From Giardia intestinalis (Eukaryota): DNA of 64,000 nt. The DNA is taken from assembly GCA_000002435.2 (NCBI GenBank), contig CM018790.1; one strand, given 5' to 3'. Under the pieces are notes generated by a model, which had not been told where the DNA came from, ran no database searches, and worked only from the letters and a program-made list of their open reading frames with translations. Every line of letters begins with the position of its first letter. Within the stretch, counting starts at the first letter, position 1. Positions 19,396 to 30,311 of the stretch are shown in pieces. The position numbers and the translations under genes were made by a program.

Positions 19396-21279
19396 CTAAG
19401 CAAGAGTCTCTAACTCACCAGCCATCTTCTCGAACAGCGGCTGGTCTAGGTTATCGGTGACGAAGCTCTCTCCACCAACTGCTAGGAAGAACTCCGTTGT
19501 GTCCGGATACGTTTCAAGCAACTTGGTGACAAAGCCCACCAGGACATCCTTGAACTTCTTCTTTGTGTTTCCAAAGCGGCAGAAATAGATCAGCATATCG
19601 TATATGTGTTTCCAAGTGTCTGGGAGATAGATAGCTTCTTTAGAAACAAGGGCCTCCGTCAAGGAGTACAGAGCTGTGGAAATCTTGTTGAGAGGCATGC
19701 TCTTGAGAACCCTTATATATTGGTTGAACAGGTGCTCGTTAGGGGAGATTGCTTCTAGAAAGTTGTTGACTACATAAACCAAAAGTGAGCTCATGTTGGA
19801 AGAGATCTGGATAGTGAAGCTCGTAGACAATGGAGCCATTTGTGTGAAAGTCTTTTCGATGAGAAGCACAAGAGAAGGGGAATTCGGCGGCCCACCAACA
19901 TCATATATAGATGCCCCCGCAGACAGAGACGGCATCCCCGGCACTTGTGCAGAGATGAAGGGGTCCTCACACGTCGCAGTCAGCCGCTCCTTCAGCTGCA
20001 GCTCTTGATATGAAGACCTTGACTGTACAATCTTATTTATTGCAGAGACAACGAGAGATGTCAGGTTCTTTTTGCGAAAAGACATGAGGGAGAAGAGCTT
20101 GTTCATAAACTCCACGTTATACGCTACAGAAAGCTCAACACAAGACCAGAAGGACGTTATGTGCGCCTCCAGTAGAGCTATGAGCATATAAAGTATGCGG
20201 TTCATAAAGGACACATTAGTTGGTGGGACCAACATAAAGATAGACACGCCGAGTTCGAAGATGTGAGAGAACGCGCGGAAGATAAAGACTACTTGCTGGA
20301 CGAACGACTGAGACACAAAGTCCTCCTCTATTTGAATCTCTTCCTCTCTTGAAATGCGGACTACCCCCGCCACGAAGGTCGGACAGAGATATGGGTGATG
20401 TAGTCTTCCCTCATAGTAACAAGTTGATATGATGTCCCCCTCGTCAGTGAAATCGAATTCGTGGTAGTCGTCGTCTGTCCCCGCTTGTAAATAGCTCAAA
20501 GGAAAGTGTGTCTCGTAGTAAGATATCATTGCGTACACAAGATTGCCTATTATATACATTGCATACTTTGAGATGAAGCTCACGTTGAGCCTCTCTTGTG
20601 GTATTTGACTCTGCTTGAGTGCCTCTGCCTGGCAGAACAGGTCTGGATATTCCATGAGGAGATGCTTGTAAAAGAACCGCAAGATGATAGTACACTCTAA
20701 AGGCGTGAGGCGTATTTGCTTGCTCGAGGTAATGTTGAGAATGATAATGCACAAGGTTTCGGATGCTGGTGTATGCTTAATATCTGAGAGAATCCCCAAC
20801 AAAGTTTCATGCTTTTGATACAGTATACGTTCTGCAGTGCTGGAGTAGTAAGAAAGACTGCTAAGAAGCCAAGTTATTTCATATATGGCGTTGAGGAAAG
20901 GGTCAGCACTGCTGTTCCCTTGGAGCGCAGCTCTGTAGTGAGAATATTCCAGTTCTAGATATGCGATGATAGCACGGATTACAGCCTCGTTCGACGCTAG
21001 GTGCAGCGTGTATTTATCCTGCATGTTAATCCAGTATCTGAGGTGTCTTACGCAGTACTCCAGCCTGTCTAGCGGGTAGGTGCTGGGGTCCCCAGTCTGT
21101 AGCTCGGCAGCAATGAGCGCAGCCTCGTCGTGGGACACAGGAGGATAGGATGCAAGGCGCTTCTTGGATTCTTCTTCATCAGAAGAGATATCGTCCTCTA
21201 GAATCTGCTGCATTTCTCTGCGGCGAATCTGCGCCAACGACCTCTGGTCATTAAGAAAGATGCGGCGCTCCCTCGACAT
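19396..21279 (-). CDS. Hypothetical protein (alpha-helical)
   Basis: 627-aa frame. The ORF-track start at 21282 is TTG; ATG at 21279 (MSRERRIF...) has a strongly AT-rich upstream (ttttttagtggaaatttttaatgg). N-terminal acidic/Ser cluster DDISSDEEESKK. Confidence 0.6.
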   Translation of the reverse strand: MSRERRIFLNDQRSLAQIRRREMQQILEDDISSDEEESKKRLASYPPVSHDEAALIAAELQTGDPSTYPLDRLEYCVRHLRYWINMQDKYTLHLASNEAVIRAIIAYLELEYSHYRAALQGNSSADPFLNAIYEITWLLSSLSYYSSTAERILYQKHETLLGILSDIKHTPASETLCIIILNITSSKQIRLTPLECTIILRFFYKHLLMEYPDLFCQAEALKQSQIPQERLNVSFISKYAMYIIGNLVYAMISYYETHFPLSYLQAGTDDDYHEFDFTDEGDIISTCYYEGRLHHPYLCPTFVAGVVRISREEEIQIEEDFVSQSFVQQVVFIFRAFSHIFELGVSIFMLVPPTNVSFMNRILYMLIALLEAHITSFWSCVELSVAYNVEFMNKLFSLMSFRKKNLTSLVVSAINKIVQSRSSYQELQLKERLTATCEDPFISAQVPGMPSLSAGASIYDVGGPPNSPSLVLLIEKTFTQMAPLSTSFTIQISSNMSSLLVYVVNNFLEAISPNEHLFNQYIRVLKSMPLNKISTALYSLTEALVSKEAIYLPDTWKHIYDMLIYFCRFGNTKKKFKDVLVGFVTKLLETYPDTTEFFLAVGGESFVTDNLDQPLFEKMAGELETLA

Positions 21280-21412
21280 CAAACGTTCTCTTTTTTAGTG
21301 GAAATTTTTAATGGAAAATGCTTATCAAAATAAATTAAATCTATAAGCCGAGCCTTAAGCTAAAGTACTAACATATTTCAATTCCCGAGGCTGACCATAG
21401 GTGCCTATGAAA

Positions 21413-24400
21413 CTATGAGGTGCCTGAGACTTTGGAAGATTCAGTGAGAAAGTATGCAGAAATGGCGTCTTTTGTCTCACGGCTTACGCGAGAGCTGCAG
21501 TTTTTTGCATAGTGCAAGTATGACCGGCCGTCAGCGTCGAGGATGTGATGCTCTTTGGGATACAAAAGCTTCACCAGGTCATAGTGGCCATAGTATACAG
21601 ACAGGTGGAGTGCGGTATACCCTTTCCCCACGTTTGTAAGCCTGTTTCCGTGATGGCCGGTCTCCAGTGGGAGTAGAAGTTGTGCAATATCAATGTGCTG
21701 GTTGATGACGGCTATCATAAGGGCTGTGTCCCCCGTTACCGTACTCATTCCAGCTTCAAAGGCGGCTAAAATGCGGCATATGTCGAAGTTTCCCGCGTCT
21801 GCAGCATACATTAAGGCGGTCCGCTTGCCGTCGTCTTGTAGCCGCTTCTGGTAGCCTAGGAGTGCCCACACCATGCTGATATTGTTGTTCTTGGCCGCCT
21901 TCATGAGTTCGGTGAAGCGGTCATTTGCCAGATTGACCCTAGAAAGTTTTACACCTTCGTATGGTGTCAGAATCTCTGCTGCCTCAATACGCCCTGCCCG
22001 CAGAGCCATGGTGAGCGCAGTCTCATTGTTTGGCGCATATATGCCCGATTCCAACGGTGCAAGAACCTTTACTGCCTCTAGAAAATTCCTCTCGACTGCA
22101 AACATGAGTGCTGTCATGCCGGTCGAGGTTGCCACCTTTCCGTACTGGAGATTACTCGAGATACCGGCAAGGTCTTTTTGTTGGACAGCAACCATCAGGG
22201 GTGTAAGCTGCAGAGCATCATGTTTATCTTCTTGTCCATCTCTTGCCTTCTGTTGCTTGTTCCCTTTGTTATCTTTACTGTCCTTTGAGTTGATGATTCT
22301 TCTGGATCGTGCTCGCGTGGAGTGCTGGCCAGAAGGCAGTGGCGGGGGTGGAACGTCAATCGCCTCCTTGAGCAGATTAGAAAGCTTTTGTGTAAGCGCG
22401 CTAGATGGGCTCTTAGGCTTCTTGGAGAGGCCTAATTTTTCATCAAGTCTCTCCTCTGAGCATGTGTCCAGATCCTTCAGAGCTTCTGCAGACGCTCCAT
22501 GAAAAACGGACGAGGACTGCAGCGGGTTGTGTAAAATTGTTGCATCTACACACTGCGTGGGTTGCTCTGTGTTGGTAGTATTTAGATAGAGGATAGTTGT
22601 ATTCTGTGGAGGCGGAGATGTGGAAGATATTAAATGGTCAATATCACCGAGCATAGGGGTGGATTCTGACTGTGTTATATTTGGGAGGAGTTTATAAGTG
22701 GGAGAGATTAGTGGCACATTGTAAGATAGCTCATCTTCAAGGGGAACAGAGAGGTTAAATGTCTGCGTCCACATATCGGTAACGTGTCGCTTGGCGTGAG
22801 CTGTATCTCCATCAGTTGGCTCGCGTAAAAGCTTACTAGTTATGGGCTGCTCCATACGGACTGATAGTGGGGGGTTCTCCAAAGTTAATGATTTGATCTT
22901 TTTCTTTATGGCCTCTATCTCTTGGGGCGTATCTTCTGAGGGCCCGGATGCGGACAGCTTTCCTTTGGCGTATATCCGCTTCACATTGAGTACTGGATCC
23001 AGCTCGTGCACGATAGTCTCTAGGTCTTTAACAAGTAACTCATTCTTATGTGTAAGCCCCTCGTTAATATTCTTTATTCTTTTTAGCTCTGCTTTTAGTT
23101 GCGAAAGCTCCTTATTTAACTCAATGCAGCCTTCACAGACGTCTCCCATGGACATCTCAGTGATTCCTTCTAGCCCAGAGGGAAGATCTCCTGGACGGCC
23201 GTTACTTTGATCATTTGCAACAGGATTTGGAGACTGCCGCTCTTTATTTTGGCAGACTAACCCTTGGGGGTCTATACTATTGATGGTGTCAGCGTTATGG
23301 TTGGGGTGTTGGGAGGATAGCCTCTCTACCTCTGTCTGGGCTATGTGTGCATCCCGTCTGAGAACGAGTATGTCGTTTTCTAATTTAATGTTCTTTTGTT
23401 GCTCATCATAATAGAGTTGCAGGTATCTATTACCAGCCTCTTCAAATGCTTTTAGCTCTTTCTTTTCACTGAGCAATGAAGCTGATAGCATCCTGATTTC
23501 GCTGTGCATCTCCTCAATTAAGGCTTTAAACCGCGATACCTCCAGTTCTCCGTTGGAAACGTTATACTTTTCCAGCAAATCCTTAATATCTATGTGTAGT
23601 AAGGTTCGCTTGTGTTTCCACAAAGCCGCTTGAAGCTTTATGTTTCGACGCACAGTATCTGCGTGTTCGCTCAGCAACGACTGAAAAGCTAAGTCCTTTT
23701 CTTGCACCAGACTTATAGCACGGTCCATTCCAGCAGTGCGCAAAGACAAAAGGCTTCTTAGATTAGTGATAATACGATCATTGTCGTTTGGTGACGACGA
23801 GCTTGTAATACCTAGGTCTTCAATACCTAGGCTTTCAACACCTAGGCTTAGTTGTTGCTTAAAAATATTCTGATAATAGGCCAGAAGCTCTGTAGTATAT
23901 TTTATTTGAGCTTTATATTCATTGAGAAGTGGTATAAAGCAGGATTGAGTAAGCTGTGACCCTGGTCGCTGACTAGAGTGGCTGTCAGTATGGGAAGGAT
24001 CAACAATGGTTTCGGGAGCAGCTAAATCTTTTAGATCGCTCATCCTAATGGAGCTATCTATTTGACCTACACTGGGGGTGACAGAAATCTTGCTCCTGTC
24101 CGAAGTAGCCATGGATATACACGAAGACCTGTTACTCTGTAACGTCTTTGGGGGGCCTGTGTTTGCCTTCTCATCTGCCTCATTAGATCTGGAGGTAAGC
24201 CGCAAAAGCTTCTCATCTAGGTCCTTCATAAACCAGTTTGTCTCCACTAGTCGCCGAAGGATTGCTATTTCTTGGTCTTTCTTTTGTATGGTATGTTTGT
24301 GCTCCTCTAGCTCCTTCTCTAAACCCTCTAGATTCCTTGGATTAGGAGGAATATCCGAAGCTGAGGCTGACCGGGCTGCGATGGCCACAGACTCTGCATC

Positions 24401-25291
24401 GTGCAGTTTTTGCGAATACTCCTTCAGCTGATTCTCCAGGGACTCTTTTTCTTTCTTCTTTTCCATTGTTAAGGAGGAGATTGCATTTTTCAATCTAGCA
24501 TTCTCAGTCTGCAGCCTCTCAATTTCAATTTTCTCCATTACTTGGTCTAGGGTCTTAGATGAGTCAACTGATAATCGTGAACCAGAGACGGCGCCTATCG
24601 ATGATGCCCTGGTAATGCCCTTGTTAAACAATGGCCCTATGTCCGACTCTGCTTTGCTAATATCACGTGAATCCTTTAACCTCTGTAGAATGATCGTAGG
24701 CGGCACTGAATTATAGGATATGTGGTTGGAAGCTTTACCGCCAGAGGAAATGGATCTTAGTCCTATGCTAGAAGGCGCGACTGAATCAAGGTTGCTTTCT
24801 TTCTTTGTATTATTTGTAGACCCTTGAATCAAGAACTCTTCAATCTGGCGTTTCTCTTCGGGCCTCCTGCACTCCTTTCTCAAAAACTTCAAAGCTCTCT
24901 CGTAGTCAACGTCTCTCAGGTGACAGTGTTCAGCGAGGAGCTTGCACATTGAAAGATCTCCTGCTTGTGCTGCGTGCGAAAGCGCGCACAGCCCAGACGA
25001 ATCCTGTATGTACGAGCAGCGTCGCGCTAAAACAGGGATAACGTAATTTGCCCCCGCCTCCGCGGCCAAAATCAGTGCATTTTTTCCATCGCTAGTAAGA
25101 AAGTAATGCTCCCTATCTATTAAGAGTTGACAAAAGTAACGATTATTCATCTCTGCCGCAATCATCAACGCCGTTTTTCCAGCGGTGTCTCTGCTGCCAA
25201 ACTGAGTATTCCTTGGCAAGATTACCTCAAGAAGCCTCTTGTCTGATCGTTTGACGGCCCGTATGAGGGTGCTTTCTGGTGCAGGTATCAT
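21413..25291 (-). CDS. Ankyrin-repeat and coiled-coil protein of the Giardia 'protein 21.1' family; ankyrin blocks at both ends with a long coiled coil between
   Basis: Repeated GxTALMxAAxxGHxxxVxLL ankyrin units at the N-terminus and C-terminus, with about 600 aa of coiled coil in the middle. The ORF-track start at 25417 is GTG. The best ATG is 25291 (MIPAPE...), preceded by ccaTGcttttagagttttttctaaaacc. Confidence 0.75.
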   Translation of the reverse strand: MIPAPESTLIRAVKRSDKRLLEVILPRNTQFGSRDTAGKTALMIAAEMNNRYFCQLLIDREHYFLTSDGKNALILAAEAGANYVIPVLARRCSYIQDSSGLCALSHAAQAGDLSMCKLLAEHCHLRDVDYERALKFLRKECRRPEEKRQIEEFLIQGSTNNTKKESNLDSVAPSSIGLRSISSGGKASNHISYNSVPPTIILQRLKDSRDISKAESDIGPLFNKGITRASSIGAVSGSRLSVDSSKTLDQVMEKIEIERLQTENARLKNAISSLTMEKKKEKESLENQLKEYSQKLHDAESVAIAARSASASDIPPNPRNLEGLEKELEEHKHTIQKKDQEIAILRRLVETNWFMKDLDEKLLRLTSRSNEADEKANTGPPKTLQSNRSSCISMATSDRSKISVTPSVGQIDSSIRMSDLKDLAAPETIVDPSHTDSHSSQRPGSQLTQSCFIPLLNEYKAQIKYTTELLAYYQNIFKQQLSLGVESLGIEDLGITSSSSPNDNDRIITNLRSLLSLRTAGMDRAISLVQEKDLAFQSLLSEHADTVRRNIKLQAALWKHKRTLLHIDIKDLLEKYNVSNGELEVSRFKALIEEMHSEIRMLSASLLSEKKELKAFEEAGNRYLQLYYDEQQKNIKLENDILVLRRDAHIAQTEVERLSSQHPNHNADTINSIDPQGLVCQNKERQSPNPVANDQSNGRPGDLPSGLEGITEMSMGDVCEGCIELNKELSQLKAELKRIKNINEGLTHKNELLVKDLETIVHELDPVLNVKRIYAKGKLSASGPSEDTPQEIEAIKKKIKSLTLENPPLSVRMEQPITSKLLREPTDGDTAHAKRHVTDMWTQTFNLSVPLEDELSYNVPLISPTYKLLPNITQSESTPMLGDIDHLISSTSPPPQNTTILYLNTTNTEQPTQCVDATILHNPLQSSSVFHGASAEALKDLDTCSEERLDEKLGLSKKPKSPSSALTQKLSNLLKEAIDVPPPPLPSGQHSTRARSRRIINSKDSKDNKGNKQQKARDGQEDKHDALQLTPLMVAVQQKDLAGISSNLQYGKVATSTGMTALMFAVERNFLEAVKVLAPLESGIYAPNNETALTMALRAGRIEAAEILTPYEGVKLSRVNLANDRFTELMKAAKNNNISMVWALLGYQKRLQDDGKRTALMYAADAGNFDICRILAAFEAGMSTVTGDTALMIAVINQHIDIAQLLLPLETGHHGNRLTNVGKGYTALHLSVYYGHYDLVKLLYPKEHHILDADGRSYLHYAKNCSSRVSRETKDAISAYFLTESSKVSGTS

Positions 25292-25428
25292 GGTTTTAGA
25301 AAAAACTCTAAAAGCATGGGCTCCAACCCCGCAAACACAGCGCAAGTGTGATGTGTGCCAGTACCAAGCAAGGATGACCATAGGAGCCTGAGCAATCCCT
25401 TTGATAGATGCATTCACTCACAAAACTA

Positions 25429-26844
25429 TCACGCATCCTCCACTGTGGGAGCCTGACGCTTCACAATGGTAGTGAGATCTAGAGTCTCTCCTGTAATGCG
25501 TTGATACATGTCTATTGCATCAGCTACTGTGCTCTCGAAGTGGGACGTAGCGTCGTAAGACTTGCTGATAAAGATATTTCTCCTCTGAGCCTCCTCCTTT
25601 GGTTCTAATAGGTCATACTCTTTGTAAAAGGTCTTACTGATTCCTGCTCTCTTGAGAATATCAAATCCTGCCTTGAGCTCATCGCGGTTGTCACTCCTAC
25701 TTCCATAGACAAGGCCTGAGACATAGCCCAGCACACAGTTGCGTGGCGTAGTTCGATGGTTGTATCCCTGCGTCGAGACATAGATATCTGATTTGCGTTG
25801 TATCTGAGAGGCTGGAAGAATGACTTGGTGGGCGGTTTGCACGATTCTATTTCCAGCGCCATCCTTCTCCACGTCGGACTGCTGGTCACATTCCGGAATA
25901 GGGCCTTTTAATATGCATATCGCCCGGCCCACGCGTCCCTTGCTCACAACAAGGTCAGGAAAATAGCTGGGATCTCCCACGACGATTGGGGCAGAAACTT
26001 CATGGTCTCCGAATCGTACTCCACGAACCTTCTTGTCATCGTTGTACAAAATTTCAGAAACAGGGGTATTGAGCATGTATATTCCTCCCCACACGGCTGC
26101 AACCCTGCTGAACGCCTGCGGGAGGTCTCCCAGGCCGTAGAGAGGATAGATGAAGGGAGACTGGCCAAAGCGGCTGAGGCTCTGCGTGTAGAGATCGATG
26201 CGGCGGAAGGTCTCCAAAGCTGGCTTGTTCAAATACTCATCATCCAGCTCTAAAGCCATTGCATGTCCAATGAACTCCTTAGTCGAATCCGAAAGCTTAT
26301 ATGCATCAAAGTATTCGTTACAAGTAGCAGTTGCAGGTGTCTTTCCCTGGCTAGATAAATTGGAGGTAGCAGATGGATTCTCTTCAAAGCTAGTAATATA
26401 CTCGAAAAGGTTTGCCATACGCTTTTTCTCAAACAGACCCATAAGTTTTGAGTCCAGAGCTTGCTTGGTTGTGGCGGGCACACGATGAATGACACCGTTA
26501 TTGTAAACAAACGCACCTGCGACACGCCCAAACTCCAGATAGTGAAGACAATCAACATGACGAAGCATGTAGAATAAGTCTCCGCTGGAGAGTATGAACT
26601 TAGGTATAAGGTCTATGCTCCATTCGTTGTCCTTTCCGAACTCTGCGGGGATTGACGACAGACTTTCACCAAAAAAAGAGTAAAGTTGCGAGAGTTTCAA
26701 TGACGCACAATCTCCTCCGTAGAAGTCATTTCGATCAATGTGAAGGACCTTACGCCCGTGGACAGACAGGAGAGCAGAGACAATCCCCTCTTTCAGACCT
26801 GTGCCCAAAACTATGGCATCGAACTCCTTGGGAAGGGTGTCCAT
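25429..26844 (-). CDS. GDI: Rab GDP-dissociation inhibitor (GDI/REP family)
   Basis: N-terminal EFDAIVLGTGLKEGIVSALLSVHGRKVLHIDRNDFYGGDCASL is the canonical GDI FAD-fold/SCR1 region. Length (471 aa) fits GDI. Confidence 0.9.
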   Translation of the reverse strand: MDTLPKEFDAIVLGTGLKEGIVSALLSVHGRKVLHIDRNDFYGGDCASLKLSQLYSFFGESLSSIPAEFGKDNEWSIDLIPKFILSSGDLFYMLRHVDCLHYLEFGRVAGAFVYNNGVIHRVPATTKQALDSKLMGLFEKKRMANLFEYITSFEENPSATSNLSSQGKTPATATCNEYFDAYKLSDSTKEFIGHAMALELDDEYLNKPALETFRRIDLYTQSLSRFGQSPFIYPLYGLGDLPQAFSRVAAVWGGIYMLNTPVSEILYNDDKKVRGVRFGDHEVSAPIVVGDPSYFPDLVVSKGRVGRAICILKGPIPECDQQSDVEKDGAGNRIVQTAHQVILPASQIQRKSDIYVSTQGYNHRTTPRNCVLGYVSGLVYGSRSDNRDELKAGFDILKRAGISKTFYKEYDLLEPKEEAQRRNIFISKSYDATSHFESTVADAIDMYQRITGETLDLTTIVKRQAPTVEDA

Positions 26845-27198
26845 CCAATTTTTATAATTATGTTTCCCTTTACAAAAACATGTGCTCTATCGCAAGATCC
26901 TAGCAATCTACTTTTATAACTAAAGAGACGTGCAAGCAACCTGAGCCGAAAAGGTCTACGTCGATCACTCTTTCTGCTTTTGACTTTCGACAGATTTACA
27001 GTTCCATATATCATGCGTTGGAAAAGAAATCAGACCGTGAAAGCCTTCGTAAACTCTCGCACTCTGCACCCAATTACATCTCTCAGGTCAGCAGCAACAG
27101 CAAACCAACTGATAAAAAGAGTCTCTGCACCATTGTACTTTTATCACAAAAATGGAATTTTTGTGAATTTAGTCTAGATTGTTGTACAAAATACAACC

Positions 27199-30018
27199 AT
27201 GTCCAGCGATGAGTCCCGGCTCTCCATTATTCAGAAGCTATGCATCAGCACAATAAAGGAGGGTGCCATCACAGCTTTCATCGATATCTTCCGGCTTACA
27301 CACATGGAGCAGCCAATGGGGAAGAACCAACCGAACAACCTTAATGATCTAGTGTCAACATCGGGCCCAACAGTCGCAGAGATCCTTCATCAGTTTTCGT
27401 TCGACAACCCCCTGAATTTCAACCAGACTAAATTATTGACTGTTCAGGCCCTGCTGTTGGCTGCAGATACGCATCAGATGAACGAAGACTATTTCAGCCG
27501 CTTTGATGCACTCTCAAAGCTAGCAGACATCTTCTTTGAGACGCAACTCGCACGCACCCAATTCCGCATGATGCCCTTGGTGACACCGCATCCCACCATC
27601 ACGTCTCTCACCGACGAGAATGACACCATAGGCTGTGCAGACATTTTAATCCACATCACTTCTCCCGTTTTTAATAGACAAACAGAGCTTAAGGACCCAC
27701 TGATGGCTGCGGTGGCACACATAAGATCTATAGAAGACACGACGCAAATATACTGTCCTCTGGATGTATACTATGCTATTCTGGCACGCAACACACTCTA
27801 TAATATGGTGAAGTCTGTGGAAGATGCAAACTCGATTGCAGGCCTCCTAGGTAATATTCTCCCCCGGTTGAAAACTGGCACTCCGGAAGACTTCACTCCA
27901 TCCGACCCCATAACTATTCCCAAGAACATGAAGACACGTATGCTTTTGTATACCATTGTCTGCTATCTGCGGTTAGGAAAGAGCTTGCACTTTTTTCAGC
28001 TCCACCGCGCAGCCCACGGAGTTCTTGATGTCTGCTTGGTTGCTATCGCAGCTATTGAGCAGCACCTAGATGTTGACTTTAGTGCGGTCTTCGAGCCCAC
28101 GGTTGACAATGGGTACAAGGTGCTCATACCAGATGATGTTACTCGAGAAGCACAGACGGAAACAGCCTTAATTGACAAGCAGGATGGAGACCATTCAAAA
28201 CACACTAGCTTTGCTGGAGCACGGCTCGATGTGGAGTCGGTTCCATACATGCCATTCACAAGGTTAGAGGAAGAGGCGCTGCCGACTTTTATCAGCGACG
28301 ATCCTAACGAGAACTATGCCTCGTACATTGACACTCTTGCAGAGCTGGCTTTCATAGCAAGAATGATGATGGTTCATAACTTAATGTTCATCGCATGCAC
28401 GGCCTTCAGCAACGCCATAAGTGAAAGCGACCTTATGTTTGTACGCGCCGATGTCTTAGCGTTACATGCACGAATATCTCAATTAAATAATACTCCACGG
28501 ACCAATACTAGTACCAATAACGCAGGTCTGAGCGGTTCACATATGTTATCTGATGACTTCAAGCAGAAAACCGTTGATGAGACGCTTTCCGTATCCTCTC
28601 TGGCCGACCCCATTTCTCTGCCAAATAAAATATTACATAACATGCCATGCAGCTACGTTTGCGCCCTATCAGGGTGTGTCCTGCTCATGAACGCTGCAGA
28701 CATAGCATTCGGGTTTAATATCTATCCCCTCATAATGCCTATCTGTAGACGTCTGTTTGAAATCACAACTCGCCTCAACTGCGTCGATATAGTTACTCCA
28801 TACATTGATAAACTTCTAGCCGGAGACACTGAGTTTGCAATTTTGGGCCATTCTTGGGCTGCAAATTGGGCTGCAGCAAGGGGTGACAGCGACGACTTGG
28901 TACAGCATCTAATGGCTCGATGGAAGCTAGCAAATCAGGAGCTTAGCAGCACAGCCGAAGCTCTTGCAGAGACTAATTGCAATTCTGGCGCTGATCTCCT
29001 GACAATCTTGAACAATATGAACTATGAAGAGAGGCCTCCCTCAGAGCAAGCAGCCCTGCAGCCTCAAAAGTCTAGGGTGCGCTTTGATGTAGCCTCGGCC
29101 CTTAGCTCTGTGAGGTCTACGTCTGGCTCAGTAGATCCCGCAAAGCTGGCCACCAATCTAGATTCGATAGATGACTCCGGCGGTCCTCCCGGGCCTTCAC
29201 ATCTGGAGACCTGCGTTGATATGCTCGATGATTTGAACGCTTCATTACTCAATCCGGAAGAAATGCTTTTGACGGACAATAACCTTCGGAGTGGATTGAG
29301 AGAAGCAATTGCTGTCCCCATTCAGATTGAAGACGTCCCCAGTACCCCGGACTCACAGCAGATTATTCAATCTGATAGTGAGCTTCGCGCATACAGATCA
29401 GCCCAGAAGTTTCTCACAGATGCGGGAGTCCCCTCTGTTGGGAGAGATATGGGATCAAGCGGGCTTCTGGATGCCACTCGCACCAAGCCGACCTTGAAGG
29501 TCTCGGAGTCAGACATGATACGCTGGAATATAGCCCGTGCCAGAGCCATGGTTGGCGCACGTGAAGCTGTTGCTGCTGCGTCTGCGTTGTCGTGTGCTGG
29601 AAACACCAAGAAAAAGTCTACTCCAGGGACTGTGGACGATCTTGAGCTTATGACTGGAGCGTGGAATACTATTGCAGGAATATATGCGAGCAATCGCGAC
29701 GCGCACATAGCGGGCCATGAACACCTGGCTGAGCAGAATGATCCAAGCCTGATGGACATGACTGTGAGTGTAGGAGGGACACTAGGAACATCTTCTGCTG
29801 GCGCTGGTCTTGGAAAGCGTAGCAATGCAGAAACTATGGAAAGGATCATTGCAGAAGAGCGTAGAGGGGTCTCTACTTCTGTTGTTGAGGCGCGAGTACG
29901 GCTGGGCGCCGTAAAGGGTCAGTTGTTGGTTCAGCAAGTACTCGGGAACCTGCACCACCAGGTGCTTGAGGATGCCAACGAGGGTGATCTAGATAGTTGT
30001 CTGCAGGAGGGTGAATGA
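27199..30018 (+). CDS. Hypothetical protein, 939 aa
   Basis: Single clean frame with ATG preceded by gttgtacaaaatacaaccATG. Mixed helical N-terminal half, Ser/Ala-rich low-complexity C-terminal third. No recognised motif. Confidence 0.6.
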   Translation: MSSDESRLSIIQKLCISTIKEGAITAFIDIFRLTHMEQPMGKNQPNNLNDLVSTSGPTVAEILHQFSFDNPLNFNQTKLLTVQALLLAADTHQMNEDYFSRFDALSKLADIFFETQLARTQFRMMPLVTPHPTITSLTDENDTIGCADILIHITSPVFNRQTELKDPLMAAVAHIRSIEDTTQIYCPLDVYYAILARNTLYNMVKSVEDANSIAGLLGNILPRLKTGTPEDFTPSDPITIPKNMKTRMLLYTIVCYLRLGKSLHFFQLHRAAHGVLDVCLVAIAAIEQHLDVDFSAVFEPTVDNGYKVLIPDDVTREAQTETALIDKQDGDHSKHTSFAGARLDVESVPYMPFTRLEEEALPTFISDDPNENYASYIDTLAELAFIARMMMVHNLMFIACTAFSNAISESDLMFVRADVLALHARISQLNNTPRTNTSTNNAGLSGSHMLSDDFKQKTVDETLSVSSLADPISLPNKILHNMPCSYVCALSGCVLLMNAADIAFGFNIYPLIMPICRRLFEITTRLNCVDIVTPYIDKLLAGDTEFAILGHSWAANWAAARGDSDDLVQHLMARWKLANQELSSTAEALAETNCNSGADLLTILNNMNYEERPPSEQAALQPQKSRVRFDVASALSSVRSTSGSVDPAKLATNLDSIDDSGGPPGPSHLETCVDMLDDLNASLLNPEEMLLTDNNLRSGLREAIAVPIQIEDVPSTPDSQQIIQSDSELRAYRSAQKFLTDAGVPSVGRDMGSSGLLDATRTKPTLKVSESDMIRWNIARARAMVGAREAVAAASALSCAGNTKKKSTPGTVDDLELMTGAWNTIAGIYASNRDAHIAGHEHLAEQNDPSLMDMTVSVGGTLGTSSAGAGLGKRSNAETMERIIAEERRGVSTSVVEARVRLGAVKGQLLVQQVLGNLHHQVLEDANEGDLDSCLQEGE

Positions 30019-30311
30019 GCAGAAGCTTCTGAGCTCTGCTAAGTTCTCTATAATTAGCGTAAAAGGGTATATGTAAGATTGAAAAGAGAATGTAAAGAGC
30101 CAAAAGTAAAGAACGTTTGTAATTTGCACATACGTCGCATAACCGATATGGCAGCTTGGTCCTTGGCACTCAGCGGAGGAGCACACCCATTTGCTTTTGA
30201 AGCATTGGTTTTAGTTCACGGCAAATTGTTTAGAACTAAAGTGGAAAAGAACTGGGTATATGTTTTGCAATGATAATTGGGGTGTCTATGGCCCAATAAA
30301 GGAACGTAACC